A DNA stretch of 36,697 nucleotides, taken from positions 1 to 36,697 of the forward strand of contig JACPAV010000038.1 of assembly GCA_016180645.1 (NCBI GenBank). Reading direction: 5' to 3'. Shown piece after piece: positions 34,301-36,697 of this stretch (positions are counted from its first letter, which is position 1; every line of letters starts with the position of its first letter). The DNA is from Nitrospirota bacterium (lineage in GTDB: Bacteria > JACPQY01). The notes beneath the pieces are model-generated. The model made no database searches. It was given only the letters and a program-made list of their open reading frames with translations, and was not told where the DNA came from. The position numbers and the translations under genes are program-made.

Positions 34301-36697
34301 TCCCCGTGGGGGCGGCGATGTCATTCGCGACGGTCGTGACCGACGAGACATTCCCTGCCGCGTCAGTCGCCGTGACGTACAGGGTTGGCGCCGCATTATC
34401 TCCTACGCTGATCGATGCAAACGATCCGTTTGCCGTGGCGTCTGTGGAAGCGAGCAGATTGGTCAGCAAGCCATCGGCATACACCTTGACTTGGGCGCCA
34501 CCCTCCACGGCGCCGGCGGTGCCGGAGAGAGTGTCCTGGCTCCCAGGGGGGTTCGTGTTCAGCGTGAGGAGTGAGACGTTGGGCGCGAGGGGAGAAATGG
34601 TGTCTACGGTCCAGGTGTACGACGCCGCGGACGAAACATTCCCGGCGGAGTCTGTCGCTTGCACCTGAAAGGTATGGCTACCCTGGGCGAGCGGCAACAG
34701 CGCGAGGGGTGAGGCGCAGGACGAATAGGCCGCGGAGTCGAGAGTGCATTGAAATGCGGCGGCGGCATCGGTCGAATTGAACGTGAATGACGCTGATGCC
34801 TGATTGACGATAGCAGACGGCTTGGCGCCGATCACCACCGTGGGCGGGGTCAGGTCGATGCTCCAGGCGCGGGTGGCGGGAGAACCGTCCACGTTGCCTG
34901 CGGGGTCGACCGCCCGGACATCGAACGTGTGGCTTCCGCCCGTAAGGGCTGAGAGGGTGAGGGGTGAAGCGCAGGAGGCAAAGGCGGCGGAGTCGATGGA
35001 GCACTGAAACGCGCAGTCTGTCTCGTTGCACGTGAACGTGAACGTGGCGGAAGTCTGATTGCTGATGGCAGGTAGCTGACTGCCGACACCTGTTTCCGGT
35101 GCCAGGGTGTCCACGGTCCACGTAAGTGCGGCAGGCGTAGCGTCCTTGTTCCCCGATTTGTCCACGGCGTAGACGGTGAACGTGTGGGCTCCTTCCGCGA
35201 CAGGTGACAAGGTTGCAGGTGACACGCAAGAGGTGGGGGTGCCGATGTCGAGTTGGCAGAAGAAGGAACAGGGGCCAGGGGGAAGGGTCCCGGGGTCAGA
35301 ACAGGAGAAGGCAATCGTGGCGGATGTCTCGTTGCTGGGTGTTGACGGTTGAGTGCTGATGACAGTTTCTGGAGCCATGGTATCGCGTTCAACCTTCACG
35401 ACGATGCCGGCCAGGGCGCTCGCTTTCTTAGGGTCCTCCGAGACCACGCTGATGCTGCACGTCCCCTCGGACGATGGAGCCTTCCACGCGACCAAGGGGC
35501 CGCCGTCCGATGGGCTTGGATCATTCTTTCCAGGCTGAGGCTTCGGCTTCGAGAAGTCGCCGCAACCTGCGGCCCACGTGTAGCTGAGGCGATCTCCCTC
35601 CGGATCAGAAGCGCTTACCGAGATGGTGATCTCCTCCCCTGCGAGGACGACGGACTTCGAAGGTTCCACCCTGGTGATGACCGGTGGCTCATTCACTTGG
35701 ATCGATCTGTTCACGATCATGCAGCTTCCGCCGCATTGTTCCGCGCCGGTGGTCTCGATTTCCTGTTCTTCTTCCGTCTCACTTCCGCCACCGTTCCTGC
35801 CGGAGGCCGAGTGCTTGAACTTGAGCCGGACCTTCTGCTGGGCGGGCGCCTCCAAGCAGTAGGCCCCATCCGCGGACGTCATCACCATCCGGGATCCGGC
35901 GCGGACCGAAACACCGGCCAGGGGCCTGGCCTTCTGGTCCGTCACCGTCCCGCTTACGCAACTGGGGCCGAGGACCAGATCGATGTCCGCATGCGCGCAT
36001 TTCTTTTCTCCGCCTCCGCAATAACCACCTCCCACGATCTGGATCGGCAATCTCTTGTTGTGCGTTCGCCCCTGCCCACGGTCGTAGTAGTTGAAGACCA
36101 GATCGGTCTGAGACGGATTGGATTCAAGGCAGTAGTTCCCGCCGGTATCGGTCTGAACGACGGCGCCGCCCGCGGCGAGTGTCGCGCCGGAAACGGGAGT
36201 TCCATTTTCGTCTCTCACCTTTCCCCGAGCACAGCCCAGTGCCGGCTCCAGTCGGATCGTTCCCAAATCAACAGGCAGCACGTCCTCGCATCGGTTCGCC
36301 GGGCTGATCCCTGGCACATGCACGGTCAAGTTGGCCCGGCCGAACTTGACGCCGCGTGGGTGAGCAACGGTCAACATCAAGTCCTCGGCCCGGGCCGATT
36401 CCAACCTGAACCTGCCCTGGGCATCTGTTGGGGTGAGGGTTCCTCTCAAGACAACGGTTGCGAATTGGACGGGAAGGTTCTCGGAGTCCACAACGCTGCC
36501 CATCACCGTCCGCGTGTCGGGGCTTATCTCAAGGTCTCCGAGATCCTCACAATTCGACACAAGTTTTGCACACGTCCCTTCCGTCCCCGGTATGACGACC
36601 GTTTGCGTTCTGAAGGTGTTGTCAAACGAGAAAGTGGACCATCCCCACGTTCCCCCTCTTCCCACCTGGAGTTCAATCGTGCTGCCCTTGAGAGCGT
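28374..36697 (-). CDS. Giant secreted/surface protein (>2770 aa, 5' end outside the window): carboxypeptidase-regulatory-like repeats, Ig-like repeats, FN3 and 13 RCC1/BLIP-II repeats
   Basis: The frame stays open to the window end. It has DxAGN...DTxAP Ig-like repeats, six WCLSE(T/S)Q modules, an FN3-like AVSSSQIDLSWSA...YYFVARA segment, and repeated HTCSLLSDGTVKCWGxNxxGQLGDG blades. Confidence 0.9.
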   Translation of the reverse strand, partial: ALKGSTIELQVGRGGTWGWSTFSFDNTFRTQTVVIPGTEGTCAKLVSNCEDLGDLEISPDTRTVMGSVVDSENLPVQFATVVLRGTLTPTDAQGRFRLESARAEDLMLTVAHPRGVKFGRANLTVHVPGISPANRCEDVLPVDLGTIRLEPALGCARGKVRDENGTPVSGATLAAGGAVVQTDTGGNYCLESNPSQTDLVFNYYDRGQGRTHNKRLPIQIVGGGYCGGGEKKCAHADIDLVLGPSCVSGTVTDQKARPLAGVSVRAGSRMVMTSADGAYCLEAPAQQKVRLKFKHSASGRNGGGSETEEEQEIETTGAEQCGGSCMIVNRSIQVNEPPVITRVEPSKSVVLAGEEITISVSASDPEGDRLSYTWAAGCGDFSKPKPQPGKNDPSPSDGGPLVAWKAPSSEGTCSISVVSEDPKKASALAGIVVKVERDTMAPETVISTQPSTPSNETSATIAFSCSDPGTLPPGPCSFFCQLDIGTPTSCVSPATLSPVAEGAHTFTVYAVDKSGNKDATPAALTWTVDTLAPETGVGSQLPAISNQTSATFTFTCNETDCAFQCSIDSAAFASCASPLTLSALTGGSHTFDVRAVDPAGNVDGSPATRAWSIDLTPPTVVIGAKPSAIVNQASASFTFNSTDAAAAFQCTLDSAAYSSCASPLALLPLAQGSHTFQVQATDSAGNVSSAASYTWTVDTISPLAPNVSLLTLNTNPPGSQDTLSGTAGAVEGGAQVKVYADGLLTNLLASTDATANGSFASISVGDNAAPTLYVTATDAAGNVSSVTTVANDIAAPTGTSVIISAGATFTSTTAVTLTLSATGATEMAFSNDNLTYGAYQPYATSFPWTLTAGDGTKTVYARFRDAAGNLSSQVSDTIVLDTGPPDTTLASTAPSVTPTNSTSLSASFTSNDASATFECSLDAAAFASCTSPHLIAGPLSSGAHTINVRAKDQANNVDATPASYVWMVDTTAPAAPVSGNITVNQNPPGTPDSVQGSLGAVEVSATVKIYSDSGLTNLVVSVAAGANGSFGALTIGDNLYTTVYITATDAAGNASASISKTNNTSGSTNPTLTPADQTSGSTGYTNSTTVNATIGNDADATAWCLSETQSSQPASSDPCFTSPEPSTFVLTAVEGSHSLYVWTKNSAGNVNPGPAVSASITLDSVAPPNPTISVADQTSSSTGTTNSTSVNASIGGDAEAAFWCLSETQSASPAELSSCFTSPRPTTFTLSAGDGSHTVYIWIKDVAGNINAGPAVSASITLDTAAPPNPTLGLSDQTSGSATATNAATVNVSITGDTGASTWCLSETQSASPGELSSCFVSPEPTTLTLIAGDGGKTAYVWIKDAAGNINAGPAVSASITLDTTAPPNPALALSDATSGSGASTNSTLVNTSITSDTGASKWCLSETQTTAPVEADACFVSPKPTTFTLSAGDTSHTVYAWIKDAAGNINGGPAVSASIALDTAAPPNPTLSLADPSPTTSGYTNNNPVNATVGNDAGVSHWCLSESQSAQPAESAGCLAGTEPTTFTLSAVEGPHTVYAWVRDAAGNVNPGPAISASITLDTIAPTTPVGANLAVTANPSGTNDTLSGAVGAVEGSATVKVYSDGLLTVLIGQSSALGDGSFAAYAIGDNQGDASDQIYVTQTDQAGNTSSVTIKINDKTPPPNPTLSISDPTPASAGYTNNNPVNATIGNDAQAVGWCLSETQSTAPAAAHACFAGTEPTTFTLSAVEGSHTVYAWVKDAGGNVNTGPSVSATITLDTTLPTGGAVNDGTGADVAYQISNTTMAANWSGFSDANGIASYDYNISTAGSCAGDTLATANLGNVTSKSTGALSLALGASYFNCVRALDNAGNASAWAASNSVMVDYSLPTSSITAPANGAKLSALSSVTGSASDTGSGVQTVEITIQRNSDSQYWDGSAWGAGVAWLAATGTTSWSKSSGLPAWASGSAYTVQSKATDNAANAQSPTANASFTFDNTAPTFAGLASATAVSSSQIDLSWSAASDAVSPASSLIYKICQSTTAGTCQTSFTVTYTTSASATSYSVTALNATTAYYFVARAEDEAGNTDTNTVEKTATTSSPPVAGVIQAVTNHLGRHTCALLSDGTVRCWGHNNSGQLGDGTNVNRLAPVAVSSLSGAVALSEGYFHTCSLLSDGTAECWGSNMFGQLGDGTTVDKTTPVAVSSLSNTVAIAGGSYLSNTVAIAGGSYHSCSLLSDGTVKCWGNNIYGGLGDGTTAKKSTPVAVSALSGAVAVAAGEYHTCSLLSDGSVKCWGYNGFGQLGDGTSVDRLSPIAVSTLSNAVAIAGGLYHTCVLLSDGSVKCWGSNGFGGLGDGTTTQRLTPIAVSSLSNAVSVAGGYQHSCSLLSDGTLKCWGNNGYGQLGDGTTTYKTTPTAVTSLTGPLGVKLPRLHHEGSASGAPARPWREGLTNHFGYHTCSLLSNGTVKCWGNNQSGQLGDGTTANKTTPVAVSSLSGSVAVAGGGNQTCSLLSNGTVDCWGYNFYGQLGDGTTVNKTTPAAVIGLSGAVAVAGGYYHTCSLLSDGTVKCWGWNPSGQLGDGTTADRLTPITVSSLSGGVALAVGYWHTCSLLSDGTVKCWGLNSSGQLGDGTTANRLTPIAVSSLFGGVAIVVGYDHTCSLLSDGTVKCWGNNQYGQLGDGTLLVNKTTPVAVSGLSGGVAVAAGREYTCSLLSDGTMKCWGRNFYGQLGDGTTADRTTPVAVSGLSGGVTVANGYEHTCSLLSDGTVKCWGYNFYGQLGDGTTVDRHTPVQVQNLP
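30071..30142. repeat. Perfect 36-nt tandem duplication (LSNTVAIAGGSY twice)
   Basis: GATAGGAGCCCCCCGCGATGGCCACGGTGTTCGAGA at 30071-30106 and 30107-30142. Confidence 0.9.

Overview
High-GC bacterial window, probably from a Deltaproteobacteria/Myxococcota-like organism (inferred from the MCP and chemosensory style). Positions 1-7770 are an accessory CRISPR-Cas type V-B locus: a 5'-truncated cas12b, a small toxin-antitoxin (TA) pair with a frameshifted toxin, a cas4-cas1 fusion, cas2, a promoter-driven tracrRNA candidate, a leader and a two-spacer array with a 36-nt repeat. The third repeat is cut off by a VapBC-type TA cassette flanked by two 73-bp palindromic elements. The cas12b frame contains a 42-nt in-frame block with three stop codons (52-93), and a second anti-repeat/degenerate repeat lies directly downstream of cas12b. 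Positions 7772-16670 are a minus-strand run of housekeeping and signalling genes (REC-GGDEF, hisS, mutL, miaA, accA, REC-GAF-GGDEF-PilZ, apt). Positions 16758-27888 are a chemosensory cluster (cheY, cheA, two cheW, three long MCPs). These are followed by a CDGSH Fe-S protein, tRNA-Asn(GTT) and a >2770-aa Ig/FN3/RCC1-repeat surface protein that runs off the right edge. All calls come from reading motifs by eye and from recalled family knowledge; no database search was run.
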